A stretch of DNA of 64,000 nt from Negativicutes bacterium (GCA_963665275.2 CAXXIN010000001.1:64001-128000); one strand, 5' to 3'. Counted from the stretch's first letter, positions 1 through 9,663 are shown. Program-made: numbers and translations. Notes: a model not told the origin generated them from the letters alone.

Positions 1-1
1 A

Positions 2-421
2 AAACCTGCTACTATTATTTCTCGCGAGTATACAGGATGGGAAAGACTTGATCGAACAATAACTGAAGCGGAACGACTGCTTGGCGTTGCAACAACGGAA
101 GAACAGTTCCAATCTATTGGGTTTATGTGCAGGGAGGCCCTGATTTCATTGGCACAAGAAGTATTTGATAAAGATAAGTACCCATCGATAGATGGAACGG
201 TCATTAGTGATTCTGATGCCAAACGAATGCTGGAAGCGTATTTTGCAGTTGAATTATCAGGGGATAGTAATGAGTTTGCACGAAAACTCTCCAGAGCAGC
301 ACTAGATCAAGCTAATAAAGTGCAACATCGGCGAACAGCTGGTTTTAAAGATGCAGCCTTTTGTTTGAATGCGACAATATTTTTGACAAAGGCGATCTTG
401 ATAGTCAATCAGGATGAGTAA
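2..421 (+). CDS. Hypothetical protein, 5'-truncated by the window edge (possible Abi_C/HEPN-like C-terminal domain)
   Basis: Frame is open from base 2 (KPATIISREYTGWERLDRTITEAERLL...) into the ORF-track 125..421 protein; helical C-terminus with ANKVQHR. Confidence 0.65.
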   Translation, partial: KPATIISREYTGWERLDRTITEAERLLGVATTEEQFQSIGFMCREALISLAQEVFDKDKYPSIDGTVISDSDAKRMLEAYFAVELSGDSNEFARKLSRAALDQANKVQHRRTAGFKDAAFCLNATIFLTKAILIVNQDE

Positions 422-579
422 GGGAATTTCGTTACCGATCTGCTCCGAATGCGTCCCAGGGGACTTTTATCTTTGCCTAATACCTGCCGAAGCATTTGCT
501 CGTAATGTCTGAATTGCCAAATTGTTCTCGTCGTAGAGTTGAGTGGTTGTCTTATGCTTTGGGCCCATCAACCCAAAAT

Positions 580-618
580 AACAACAAAGCCCTCCGACTG
601 ACGGAGGGCTTTGTTGTT
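580..618. terminator. Bidirectional intrinsic terminator
   Basis: Perfect inverted repeat aacaacaaagccctccg / cggagggctttgttgtt between convergent genes. Confidence 0.8.
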
Positions 619-661
619 GTGCGAGACAGATATTGGTGAACATGCAGCAATTTTTTATAAA

Positions 662-1636
662 TCAAACGTTTTCTGCTTTTTTCCTCTTCCGACTTGCCGC
701 GACATTGTCTCTGTTTTTACATCCCGTGCATTTTTTCCAACGAGTGCGTCCTTTATTATCAGTCAAGTCAAAGAACTTTCCGCAGGAAGGACACCATTTG
801 TAAATTCTTTCTTTGGTTACCCCTTGGAAAATTTGTCCCCACATAAATCCTAACAAATTTGAAGGATAATAACACTGAACTAGTTGTTTTGTTTGAAGGT
901 GGTACATCAATCTGGGGGTGGCAGGGAATTTGTCCACCATACTGTTTACTTTTTCCTGGATGGCTATTGTTATTCGGATTATTGGAGTATTGCCTTCGCG
1001 CATAATCCTGTGATAGGGCCTTTTGTCATACAAGGCGCTTCCTACGCGATAACGTACAGATTCAAAATCTATCCATATGCCGGGAATTCCTCTAACCATG
1101 CAAACAGTGGCGTCATTGATCGCTTTTTCCACGCTACGCAAGTCATTTTCCAATTTCGGTTCTAATTTTTGAAGGTCTTTTTCAGTTGCGAATTCTAGAC
1201 CTAATTCTTTAATAGTGCTTTTGGCATTATTGTACTGCTCCAGCCATGCCGTCAGTTGGCAAACATATCTCATGTCAGCAATGCTATTCCACCAAAACTC
1301 TTTGCTTTCGCCCATAAACTTAGGGTGAGTTGGGTCCTCGTCAGTGAAAAACGTATTTTTTGTCAATAGGCCCCATCTATTGGCAAAGGCAATAAGTTGA
1401 GACTCGCTTCTGATCTCTGTAAAATTTTCGAACAACATCGGATTTTTTTTATTCTCAGGATCAAAACAATCGTAATAAGAAAGTTCTTCTACGGGATCGA
1501 CTGGCACAATAAACGGGGGACGTATTGGCTCGACTGGCTTATCGGTTGGCTTAACAAGGGATACTTTATCTGTAATTTGGTAACCGGACGTTTTGCGTGC
1601 CCACATAAATACTGTTGTATCTTTTCCAACGAGCAT
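662..1636 (-). CDS. Hypothetical protein with C-terminal CGNR-type zinc finger (putative DNA-binding regulator)
   Basis: C-terminal CPSC...CTGCKNRDNVAASRKRKK pattern. Start chosen at ATG 1636, preceded by GGAGATGAGG. Confidence 0.65.
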   Translation of the reverse strand: MLVGKDTTVFMWARKTSGYQITDKVSLVKPTDKPVEPIRPPFIVPVDPVEELSYYDCFDPENKKNPMLFENFTEIRSESQLIAFANRWGLLTKNTFFTDEDPTHPKFMGESKEFWWNSIADMRYVCQLTAWLEQYNNAKSTIKELGLEFATEKDLQKLEPKLENDLRSVEKAINDATVCMVRGIPGIWIDFESVRYRVGSALYDKRPYHRIMREGNTPIIRITIAIQEKVNSMVDKFPATPRLMYHLQTKQLVQCYYPSNLLGFMWGQIFQGVTKERIYKWCPSCGKFFDLTDNKGRTRWKKCTGCKNRDNVAASRKRKKAENV

Positions 1637-1789
1637 GTCCTCATCTCCATTTGTAAGCAAAATGTAATCGGATAAAATATAGATTACTGTTACTATCTTG
1701 ATTATTATTATAGGCAGGGGTGGCCTGGTGTGCAAGAAAAATCTATAATGCGTGAGGCATCAGACAAATAAAAGAGAGGAGATGACAAG

Positions 1790-1981
1790 ATGAATAATGT
1801 AGAACTCAGGTCCATACTGGATCGTGCCCGGAAGGAGAATGGCATTTTTGCATACGAAGTGGCTTATTCTCTGGGCGTAAATGATGTGACTTTTTCCCGC
1901 TGGCTCCGCAAAGAACTTACGTCGGAACGGCGAACGCAAATTTTGGCCGCGATTGATAAATTGCAAAAAAAAGTGGGGTGA
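1790..1981 (+). CDS. Cro/Xre-type HTH regulator
   Basis: 63 aa; AYEVAYSLGVNDVTFSRWLR HTH; GAGGAG RBS; divergent from 662..1636. Confidence 0.8.
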   Translation: MNNVELRSILDRARKENGIFAYEVAYSLGVNDVTFSRWLRKELTSERRTQILAAIDKLQKKVG

Positions 1982-2169
1982 CGATGATGGATAAAAAAAC
2001 ATTTACCGTTAAAGAATTCATGGCAGCGGTCGGAATATCAAAGAGTTTCGCGTACAGGTTGATCAATATGAACCAATTCCCAGTAATAAGACTAGGACAT
2101 CGCAAAGTGCTGATCTCTGCCGCAGTCGTGGATAAAATCATCGCAGGCTATGATTTCACAAAGGATTAG
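1978..2169 (+). CDS. Excisionase/AlpA-like HTH protein
   Basis: TFTVKEFMAAVGISKSFAYRLI...FPVIRLG matches the HTH_17/Xis pattern. Confidence 0.8.
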   Translation: MTMMDKKTFTVKEFMAAVGISKSFAYRLINMNQFPVIRLGHRKVLISAAVVDKIIAGYDFTKD

Positions 2170-2181
2170 CAGGATAACACC

Positions 2182-2370
2182 ATGAAAAATCTTTGCACAC
2201 TTCAACAATTTCGAAGGGCGCTGCAAGAAAACATCGATACGAATATTGATAAGCATCACCGTCGAGTTGATATGGTGCTGGTTTTCATTGAAGACGAGGA
2301 ACTTTTGATAGCCGCATGGATCCGCAGAATTGATCGATATGCAAAGTCTCTCAATTTCAGAGGAAAATAA
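2182..2370 (+). CDS. Hypothetical protein
   Basis: 62-aa ORF with AGGA RBS, in operon order. Confidence 0.55.
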   Translation: MKNLCTLQQFRRALQENIDTNIDKHHRRVDMVLVFIEDEELLIAAWIRRIDRYAKSLNFRGK

Positions 2371-2421
2371 AGCGCGCCAATGTCCCTGCAAAGGTTGACG
2401 GCGCGCGAGGAAGGGATAATT

Positions 2422-2619
2422 ATGCCACGCGATCGAAGCGAGTATTTCAAAAAGCTTCACATTCGAAAGCAGATGGAAAAATCACTCGACCGGACAGATA
2501 TCTGCGGAAAGGACGACTCGACTCCCGCATTGGCTGTGGCGAGGATGCGGGAAAAGGGAGAACATTTAGGTTCAATTTTGCAACAGAATGAACGTGAAGG
2601 CGTTGGTTGTTATGGGTGA
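2422..2619 (+). CDS. Hypothetical protein
   Basis: ORF in the operon; GAGGAAGGG upstream of ATG 2422. Confidence 0.5.
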   Translation: MPRDRSEYFKKLHIRKQMEKSLDRTDICGKDDSTPALAVARMREKGEHLGSILQQNEREGVGCYG

Positions 2620-2625
2620 TTTGTT

Positions 2626-3393
2626 GTGAGCGCGGCGATTCCGGGCGGCTATATTTTGCTTGCAAGAAAAATCATCGACAGCGAGATATGGAAAAAACCA
2701 CCACTGTATATGAAGATATGGATATACCTTCTAACCCAAGCTCAACACGATCAATACAGAGGATTGCAAAAAGGTCAACTTTATACAAGCATCCCCAAAA
2801 TCCAAAAAGCCTGTGCATGGAAAATTGGCTTCAGCACCGTCACGCCAACCAAAGATCAGGTTTTTCAAGTTATCGATTGGATGCGAAAAACATCTACTAC
2901 ACTAGCAACGATGGAAGCACCAATGATAGCAACGATGAAGGCAACACATGGAATGCTTGTAACCATAGATAAATACTGTGTTTATCAGAACTCGAAACTG
3001 TATGAAAGCAACGATGAACCCGCGATGAAAGCAACGATGAACTACGACAATACAAACAAGAACCACAAAAATAACCAATACTCTCTTGTCGAAGCTAACC
3101 ACATTCGACTTGCCGAACTACTGCGGGATTCAATAACCGCTTGGAAACCAAATGCAAAGGTTGATAAAGATCTTGGCAAATGGGCCAACGTCATCAGGCT
3201 ATGCATGAAGGACGGCAGAACGGAAGCTGAGATTGAAGCCGTCATAATATGGGCAACCTGTGATTCGTTTTGGCAGGTTAATATTCTTTCTGCCGATGCT
3301 CTTCGTCGAAACTTCGATAAGCTTCAGGCTAAGATGATGCAATCAAAACCAACACAATCACCAAGTCGAGATTATTCAACTATACGGATGTGA
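2626..3393 (+). CDS. Phage replication initiator with lambda-O-like C-terminal domain
   Basis: N-terminal GYILLARKIIDSEIW...IWIYLL winged-helix type region; C-terminal WANVIRL..DGRT...W...DSFWQVNILSADALRRNFDKL resembles the lambda O C-terminus; internal iterons. Confidence 0.8.
   Translation: MSAAIPGGYILLARKIIDSEIWKKPPLYMKIWIYLLTQAQHDQYRGLQKGQLYTSIPKIQKACAWKIGFSTVTPTKDQVFQVIDWMRKTSTTLATMEAPMIATMKATHGMLVTIDKYCVYQNSKLYESNDEPAMKATMNYDNTNKNHKNNQYSLVEANHIRLAELLRDSITAWKPNAKVDKDLGKWANVIRLCMKDGRTEAEIEAVIIWATCDSFWQVNILSADALRRNFDKLQAKMMQSKPTQSPSRDYSTIRM
2904..3075. repeat. Iteron array / putative replication origin inside the initiator gene
   Basis: AGCAACGATG exact at 2904, 2928, 3007 and 3030, degenerate copies between (about 12-bp period), then an A-rich tract. 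Confidence 0.75.
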
Positions 3394-3400
3394 TGCTGCT

Positions 3401-5176
3401 ATGAACCCTTACGAATTCGCCAGAGCTCACCTTGGAGAATTCAAACAACACGGTAATGAGATTGTTCCAAAGTATTGCCCGTTTTGCCAAGGTGGACCCA
3501 ATAAAGATAAAAATTCCTTCGCTTTGAATGTTGCTAAAATGACGTACAACTGTAAGCGCGGATCATGCGCCGAACAAGGTCACTTCACACAACTTTGTAA
3601 GCGATTCGGAGTTGAAGCTGACAGAGAGCCTGGATATGAAAACTATCGGCCGGTACCAAAGGTTTATAAAAAGCCGGAAACCGTTATCGAAACGCCCCGA
3701 CAGAAAGTCGAATCCTATTTAAAGCTTCGAGGATTTAGCCCGTCGACATGGGAACGGCGCCGAGTTGGAGAAGCGGCCGGCAATATTTGTTTTCCATACT
3801 ATGAAGATTCCAAAGTCGTTTTGGTGAAGTTCCGGAAGCCTGAAAAATATACCGGCCATGGGCAAAAGGCTTGGCGTGAAACTGGTGGCAAAGACATTCT
3901 ATGGGGAATGGACTTGTGTGATCCTCAAAAACCGCTGGTGATAACTGAAGGAGAATTTGACACGCTGGCTTTAGACGAAGCCGGCATTTTTAATGCCGTA
4001 TCAGTTCCATCGGGCGCAGCAAGCATGGAATGGATTGAGAACTGTTGGGACTGGCTGGAACAGTTCAGCAAAATCATCATCTGGGGGGATGCCGACGACC
4101 CAGGGCGGGAGATGGTCCGGAAGGTTGTTTTAAAACTTGGAGAATGGCGCTGCTTCCTCGTTGATTCCGGGCGCCATAAAGATGCAAACGAAGCATTGGC
4201 AAGAGAAGGCAAGGAAAAGACGGCTGCCTATGTGGCACAGGCAAAGCCGATTCCGATTCAAGGGCTCATTGATCTTGCCGATGTGACGCCGGTCGATATC
4301 TCCAACATTGCACGAGTACGATCTGGTATTCCGGGTCTTGATCAAGAGATCGGCGGATTTCTTATGGGGGAACTTTCTGTATGGACTGGCAAGAGTGGAC
4401 AGGGAAAATCAACGCTATTGGGGCAATTGCTTTTGGAGTCCATTCACCAGGATTATGGCGTTTGTGCATATAGTGGAGAACTCCGGGCGGATCGGTTTCA
4501 ATATTGGACAAACCTTCAGGCTGCCGGCCCAAATTACATCGAGCAGTATTTCGATACGGTAAAAAAACGGCCGGTTGGCTATGTTCCCAAGCCAATCAGC
4601 AGCCAGATTCGCGAATGGTATCGGGGAAAGTTCTGGCTCTACGATAACAATATCTTGTCATCAAGCCCTGAAGAAAGCGGGATCATCAAACTATTTACCT
4701 ATGCAGCGCGGCGTTATGATTGCAAGGTTTTCCTTGTGGACAATCTGATGACTTCCCGTTTTGAAGGTGGAAAATCAGACAGCGATTATTACCGGGCGCA
4801 GTCAACTTTCGTGGGGGACCTGGTTCATTTCGCAAAAGCCTACAATGCGCATGTTCATTTGGTGGCTCATCCCCGAAAGACTCAGGGAAAAGTCGATAAG
4901 GAAAGCGTTTCGGGGAGCGGCGATATTTCAAACAGAGCAGACAATGTCTTTTCCGTCGAGAGGGCAGAAATAGGTGCCCCGATCAATACGACGGTTTCAA
5001 TTCTCAAGAACCGATCTGAGGGGATTCAAAATGTCGAAATCGGATTACTGTTTGACGTCGATTGCAAGAGACTCTGGCAGCCTTCAGATGCAGCTGGAAT
5101 GACAAAACTGTATGGATGGGAGACGCAACGAAAAATAACGTGCGCAGATGATTTCGGGCAGGAAGTTAAGTTTTAA
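3401..5176 (+). CDS. Bifunctional primase-helicase (T7 gp4/Twinkle type)
   Basis: Zn finger CPFC...CKRGSC; TOPRIM ITEGEFD and GDADDPG; Walker A GKSGQGKS; LVDNL and VAHPRK SF4 helicase motifs. Confidence 0.93.
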   Translation: MNPYEFARAHLGEFKQHGNEIVPKYCPFCQGGPNKDKNSFALNVAKMTYNCKRGSCAEQGHFTQLCKRFGVEADREPGYENYRPVPKVYKKPETVIETPRQKVESYLKLRGFSPSTWERRRVGEAAGNICFPYYEDSKVVLVKFRKPEKYTGHGQKAWRETGGKDILWGMDLCDPQKPLVITEGEFDTLALDEAGIFNAVSVPSGAASMEWIENCWDWLEQFSKIIIWGDADDPGREMVRKVVLKLGEWRCFLVDSGRHKDANEALAREGKEKTAAYVAQAKPIPIQGLIDLADVTPVDISNIARVRSGIPGLDQEIGGFLMGELSVWTGKSGQGKSTLLGQLLLESIHQDYGVCAYSGELRADRFQYWTNLQAAGPNYIEQYFDTVKKRPVGYVPKPISSQIREWYRGKFWLYDNNILSSSPEESGIIKLFTYAARRYDCKVFLVDNLMTSRFEGGKSDSDYYRAQSTFVGDLVHFAKAYNAHVHLVAHPRKTQGKVDKESVSGSGDISNRADNVFSVERAEIGAPINTTVSILKNRSEGIQNVEIGLLFDVDCKRLWQPSDAAGMTKLYGWETQRKITCADDFGQEVKF

Positions 5177-5209
5177 CAATACAGAAATCAAACAGAAGGA
5201 GGGAACTTT

Positions 5210-5680
5210 ATGGCTAATGCAGATCAAATTATTTTGCGACTTGCTAACGGAACATTAGTGCTCTATCCCCAAGAGGTCTTTGAACTGGTAAGAGAATCAC
5301 CGTCGCTTTTGGCTGCCGCACTGCGGCGAGGAATACGGGAGAGGGATGAAATACTGAAGAAAATCCGAAGCTCGAATGGTGGGGCAATGGAGGCCACGGT
5401 CATAAATGATTGGGGCACATTGATTTGGGTTGATTTTATCGACGGTAAATGGTTGGTTAGCCGGCGAAATGACGATGGAACGCACGCAATATTGAAACGC
5501 TTTGATAAACCCCTTCTTGCGTTCCAGAGCGCCTGTAACATGCGAGATGGTGTCCAGATCGTTTGCCCCAATGGCGACTTTAAGCCGTCGGCGGTGAATG
5601 ATATTTGCCGGACAAAGAGCGCTGCAGATGAAATTGATCGAATGATGGGTGGCCCTGGCTGGTGGCCCTGGCTGGATTGA
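5210..5680 (+). CDS. Hypothetical phage protein
   Basis: AAGGAGG RBS; C-terminal half similar to 6261..6590. Confidence 0.7.
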   Translation: MANADQIILRLANGTLVLYPQEVFELVRESPSLLAAALRRGIRERDEILKKIRSSNGGAMEATVINDWGTLIWVDFIDGKWLVSRRNDDGTHAILKRFDKPLLAFQSACNMRDGVQIVCPNGDFKPSAVNDICRTKSAADEIDRMMGGPGWWPWLD

Positions 5681-5736
5681 AAATGCCAACGAGTTTTCAC
5701 GAAGTGAAGATACGAAAATTAATGGAGGTTGTAGTT

Positions 5737-6264
5737 ATGAGTGAGCAAATGACAGAAGAACAATCTGTAGCATATCTAAAAAAGAGTTTTCGCATTAGGA
5801 CAGACAACAAGGGGTTGGTGCTACTGCGTTCAATCAAGGAAATGCTTCCGAAGGCAGATGAACAGACCCAAAAGAAAATAGGCGGGATTATTATTGGGTT
5901 TGCATCGTTTCATAATCTATCGGATTCGCAGCTGTTAAAGTTCTTTGGGGTAACGCTGGAGGCAGCTAAAGGAGCAGTTGGGGAAGAGTTCTTGCGGGAA
6001 CATGGATTTTATAGGGCATTGGTAGCAAGCCCGTATTTGTCACCGACGTGTAAACTGTTCTTTAATGCGTGGTTTGCCGAGGCAAATGATAAATACCCTA
6101 TGGGGTGTTGCCTACGTCGTGTTGGGATGGATACGTTCCGTCTTGTATCGATATTGCCAAGCGGTGCGGAGATTGAATATCCGGAGGATATGACGACTGC
6201 CCAAGTACTCGAGGCGACGAACTGCCCACGAGATGAACTGCAGGCCATGCCGGTGCTGCAATGA
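5737..6264 (+). CDS. Hypothetical protein
   Basis: GGAGG RBS before ATG 5737; ATGA overlap with the next gene. Confidence 0.7.
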   Translation: MSEQMTEEQSVAYLKKSFRIRTDNKGLVLLRSIKEMLPKADEQTQKKIGGIIIGFASFHNLSDSQLLKFFGVTLEAAKGAVGEEFLREHGFYRALVASPYLSPTCKLFFNAWFAEANDKYPMGCCLRRVGMDTFRLVSILPSGAEIEYPEDMTTAQVLEATNCPRDELQAMPVLQ

Positions 6265-6590
6265 ATAGCCAGGAAAGAACGGCGGCGACAACGTTGAAGG
6301 GTGAAGATATCCGCATTGGATGGATAGATGGCCTATTTTTGGTAGTGACCAAGACAGGAAAAGAAATTAATGGACTGGATGAAGTATTCGTGCTTCGACA
6401 GTTTGATGATCCGGAAAAAGCGTTAGCGTACGGGGCAGCTGTGATGGATGGATTGAAGCTGATGAACGGAGGTGTTTTTACTCCTACCGATGACGGCGAA
6501 GTGCTGGCTTCGCCCGAAGCTATGCTAGCCATGACCGGGATGTTTTTCGAACGAAATAATAAAAGGAGGGAAAACGATGTCAGCAAGTGA
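6261..6590 (+). CDS. Hypothetical protein immediately upstream of the tape-measure gene
   Basis: Overlaps both neighbours; partial paralog of 5210..5680. Confidence 0.7.
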   Translation: MNSQERTAATTLKGEDIRIGWIDGLFLVVTKTGKEINGLDEVFVLRQFDDPEKALAYGAAVMDGLKLMNGGVFTPTDDGEVLASPEAMLAMTGMFFERNNKRRENDVSK

Positions 6591-9500
6591 TGTTCAAATA
6601 CAAATAATCGGCAAGGATTTAGCCTCTGCCGCGTTCAAGTCCGTCGATGCGTCGGCAAAACGGACTGAAGCTCAGATGGCTTCTCTTGGTTCGTCTGCCG
6701 GAAGAATGGGCGGGATGTTTAGAAGCGCCGCTTCTGTCACCGCCGGGATTGCTGGGTACGAAGGAATATCCTCAATAATGCAAAAAAGCGTTGGCGCGGC
6801 GTTCGAATTTGCAACAGGGCTCGAAGCCTCTGCCAACGGCATGGCCGGTATTCTCATGAGCATGGGCCAGGTTGACGGCAGGACGCTTGAATGGGGCGAG
6901 TCGCTATCTGTAGCGCAGGGAATCATTACCCGCATGAATGACGAGGCGCTGCGTACGGCGGCAACCTCTCAAGAACTCGTTCGCGGCGTCCAGGCGCTTC
7001 TGGCTCCCGGCCTTGCATCGGGAATGAATATCACCCAAATTGAAACACTGACCGTAACCGGTGTGAATGCGGTTAAGTTATTACAGTTGCAATCCTATCA
7101 AGTTGTCCAGGAATTGCGTGACCTTGTTGCCGGCGGAATTCAGCCGGCTTCTTCTACTTTAGCGACAGCGTTGGGGTTGAAAGATTCCGACATACAGGCA
7201 GCAAAAGCATCATCGCAAGGCCTGTTCAACTTCCTGATGGAAAGACTGAAAGGATTTGAAGTCGCGTCTGGCGAGTACGCCAAAACCTTCAAGGGCCTTA
7301 ACGAACAAATCAAAGAAGGACTGACACGCGGAGCGGCAACAGGGATGGGAGCTGGCCTTGAATTCGCCAAAGAACAGATGAAAGGCCTTGCCGAAAAAAT
7401 AGTCACGATTGACGAAACGACCAAAACGGTGCAGATAAACCCTGTACTGGTCAGCACGATCGGGGCCATGACTCAAAACACAATCGCATTTGTCGGAGAA
7501 ATGAAAAAGATTGGCGAAATTGTTTCGCCGGTTGTTGTCCCGGCGGTTGAGATGCTAGGGTCTGCAATCGGATATGCTGCACGCAATGCAAGTGACCTGA
7601 CGTTCGCTGTTGGTGGGTGGATGATAGCCAAACAGGCGCAGGTTATATATATGGACGTTGCGGCGGCTACTGCAGGGGCTGCAACGGCGCAGACCCTGCT
7701 GGGAAGAGCGGTTATTGAAACCAATGCGCAACAGACACGACAAAGAGCAATGGCGCTTGAAGCGGCGGCAGTGCAAAAGGCAGCCGTGACAGAGCAGGTT
7801 ATCGCAATAAAATCTCTTCTCGCGGCAGAAGCGCAAAGAACCTCAGGGTTAATGAAAATGACTGCTGGATATGTTGATCAAGCCTCGGTGGTAGATAAGG
7901 CAAGACTTGCACTAATTGGGGCAACACAGGCAGCCAAAAACGGAGAATACAGCCTGGCACAGAGCATTATTTCCACAAACGAAGTTTTGGCAGCACAAGG
8001 GGCCATCGCAACCGCCGTGGCGGAAAAACAAGTCGCTGGAGCCGTGGCCGCTGCGGGAGCGCAAAAATCACTGGCGGCAACTACGGCAACGGCAAGCGCA
8101 TTTAACGCAGGAGCTTCTGTAGGGATGACGGCTGCAAGCTTTGTTGGTAAAGCTGCTTGGAAGGCTGTTAACGGATGGTTCGGCGCCGCAGTGCTGGTAA
8201 GCTATTACGCCTACGATGAAATATGGAAAAACCGCGAAGAAATTAAGCGGATTATGGCCGAAAACTACAACAATAATTTGAACACCCCTCAATCTCCCGG
8301 AGAGGATTATTTGTTTGGGCCCAAGGACAAAACCCCGGTCGCTAATTATGGAGAAAATCGAAAGCCGGACAAGAAAGTTTCTCCCGGCAGCGGCGATCCG
8401 CTCCGCGATCAGCAAGGCCCATTGCAGAAAAACGATAAGCAACTTTCCGAAATCACCGGTAAATATAACAAGCAAAAAGAAGAAATCATGAAGATTGAAG
8501 CTGATCTTCAGACATCAATACTCCAATTACAAGGGTTCACACTGCAAGCAACGCTCAATGGAATTGAAAAAGAGAAAAAGGCGTGGATTGAAAAAGGCGT
8601 CAATAAAGTCGCGGCAGAGCAATGGGCCGCCGCGGCCATCACTAAAGCCAACAAAGACGCCGCCGACAAAATTAAAACAGCCTACGAGCAGGTGAAATCA
8701 TCCCGCGAAAGCGTTGCCAGCACGTTCCAGGGATCGTTTGGATCAGCCATTGACGAAGTGATGCAGAACATCAAGAACAATCGCAGCGAGAACGCCTACG
8801 AAGCGGTTGAAAAGATGCGTAAGGAATTTGAGATCAGGCAGCAAGCCTCAAGGGCCGTGGCTTCGGCGGCAGGGTTTTCTGATGCAGAAAAGTTCGATCC
8901 GGTATCTCCATGGCAGTCGGTCAATAAGTCCATTGAAGCCGCAGCAAAAGCGCAAATAGAGTATTTGAAGATCATCGCGCAGAATACGGCAAGGCCACCA
9001 CAATCCCCGGCTGGGAGTATTCAGAACCCCAAAGATCCTGGTAAGGCAAACAGTTTCCCGCCAATACAGGGAGGCGGGTCAAACCCGAATTATGATGGGG
9101 CATTTGGCGGTGGACAGCAACGTAACGGCGAGGCGATTACTCCAGGAACACTAACCTTTGAACAATATAATAAGGCGACCGGCATGGATAAGTTAATGAA
9201 CATTACGTGGCCGGCAGGGTGGACAGATGAGCGTAAAGAAAAGTGGGGGCGAAATTTAGAGGGGTTCCCAATTCCTGGTCCGTACAACGACTCATCCAAG
9301 AAACCGTTTTGGAAAGCAGATACCCAAGGTGGCATGCTGCAGTCTAACTCCGATCAAGTTGAGCGCGCAAGAATAATCATGGGAAATATGTCTGGCGATA
9401 AAGAGTCAACCAATAGAGTAAGGGCGCTGATGCAGGGGATGAAGGAATCAAGTGGCGATAAATTCGCGCCGCAAACATCCGCTATCGCACCAGTGCAACA

Positions 9501-9663
9501 AGTATCAAATAGCCTTAAATTTGATATCCAGGTCAATGCCAATGGCATGGATCAGGAGTCTGCAAGGCAACTAGGCAACGAAGCGGCAAAGCAAATGCTT
9601 CCTCGCATCGAACAGGCAATTAATCAGTCGCGGACTAGCTTTGCAGGACCAGGACTGAAATGA
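6577..9663 (+). CDS. Phage tail tape-measure-like protein (1028 aa)
   Basis: N-terminus DVQIQIIGKDLAS; long Ala/Gly-rich helical body with hydrophobic segment WFGAAVLVSYYAY; C-terminal FDIQVNANG..ARQLGNEAAKQM, typical of tape measures; AGGAGG RBS. Confidence 0.82.
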   Translation: MSASDVQIQIIGKDLASAAFKSVDASAKRTEAQMASLGSSAGRMGGMFRSAASVTAGIAGYEGISSIMQKSVGAAFEFATGLEASANGMAGILMSMGQVDGRTLEWGESLSVAQGIITRMNDEALRTAATSQELVRGVQALLAPGLASGMNITQIETLTVTGVNAVKLLQLQSYQVVQELRDLVAGGIQPASSTLATALGLKDSDIQAAKASSQGLFNFLMERLKGFEVASGEYAKTFKGLNEQIKEGLTRGAATGMGAGLEFAKEQMKGLAEKIVTIDETTKTVQINPVLVSTIGAMTQNTIAFVGEMKKIGEIVSPVVVPAVEMLGSAIGYAARNASDLTFAVGGWMIAKQAQVIYMDVAAATAGAATAQTLLGRAVIETNAQQTRQRAMALEAAAVQKAAVTEQVIAIKSLLAAEAQRTSGLMKMTAGYVDQASVVDKARLALIGATQAAKNGEYSLAQSIISTNEVLAAQGAIATAVAEKQVAGAVAAAGAQKSLAATTATASAFNAGASVGMTAASFVGKAAWKAVNGWFGAAVLVSYYAYDEIWKNREEIKRIMAENYNNNLNTPQSPGEDYLFGPKDKTPVANYGENRKPDKKVSPGSGDPLRDQQGPLQKNDKQLSEITGKYNKQKEEIMKIEADLQTSILQLQGFTLQATLNGIEKEKKAWIEKGVNKVAAEQWAAAAITKANKDAADKIKTAYEQVKSSRESVASTFQGSFGSAIDEVMQNIKNNRSENAYEAVEKMRKEFEIRQQASRAVASAAGFSDAEKFDPVSPWQSVNKSIEAAAKAQIEYLKIIAQNTARPPQSPAGSIQNPKDPGKANSFPPIQGGGSNPNYDGAFGGGQQRNGEAITPGTLTFEQYNKATGMDKLMNITWPAGWTDERKEKWGRNLEGFPIPGPYNDSSKKPFWKADTQGGMLQSNSDQVERARIIMGNMSGDKESTNRVRALMQGMKESSGDKFAPQTSAIAPVQQVSNSLKFDIQVNANGMDQESARQLGNEAAKQMLPRIEQAINQSRTSFAGPGLK

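Noticed and set aside
5737-6590. Programmed -1 frameshift of tail-assembly-chaperone (G/GT) type
   Set aside because: A AAA AAG lies near the start of 5737..6264, not its end. G TTT TTC near 6542 is not a canonical heptamer and its -1 frame is not the tape-measure frame.
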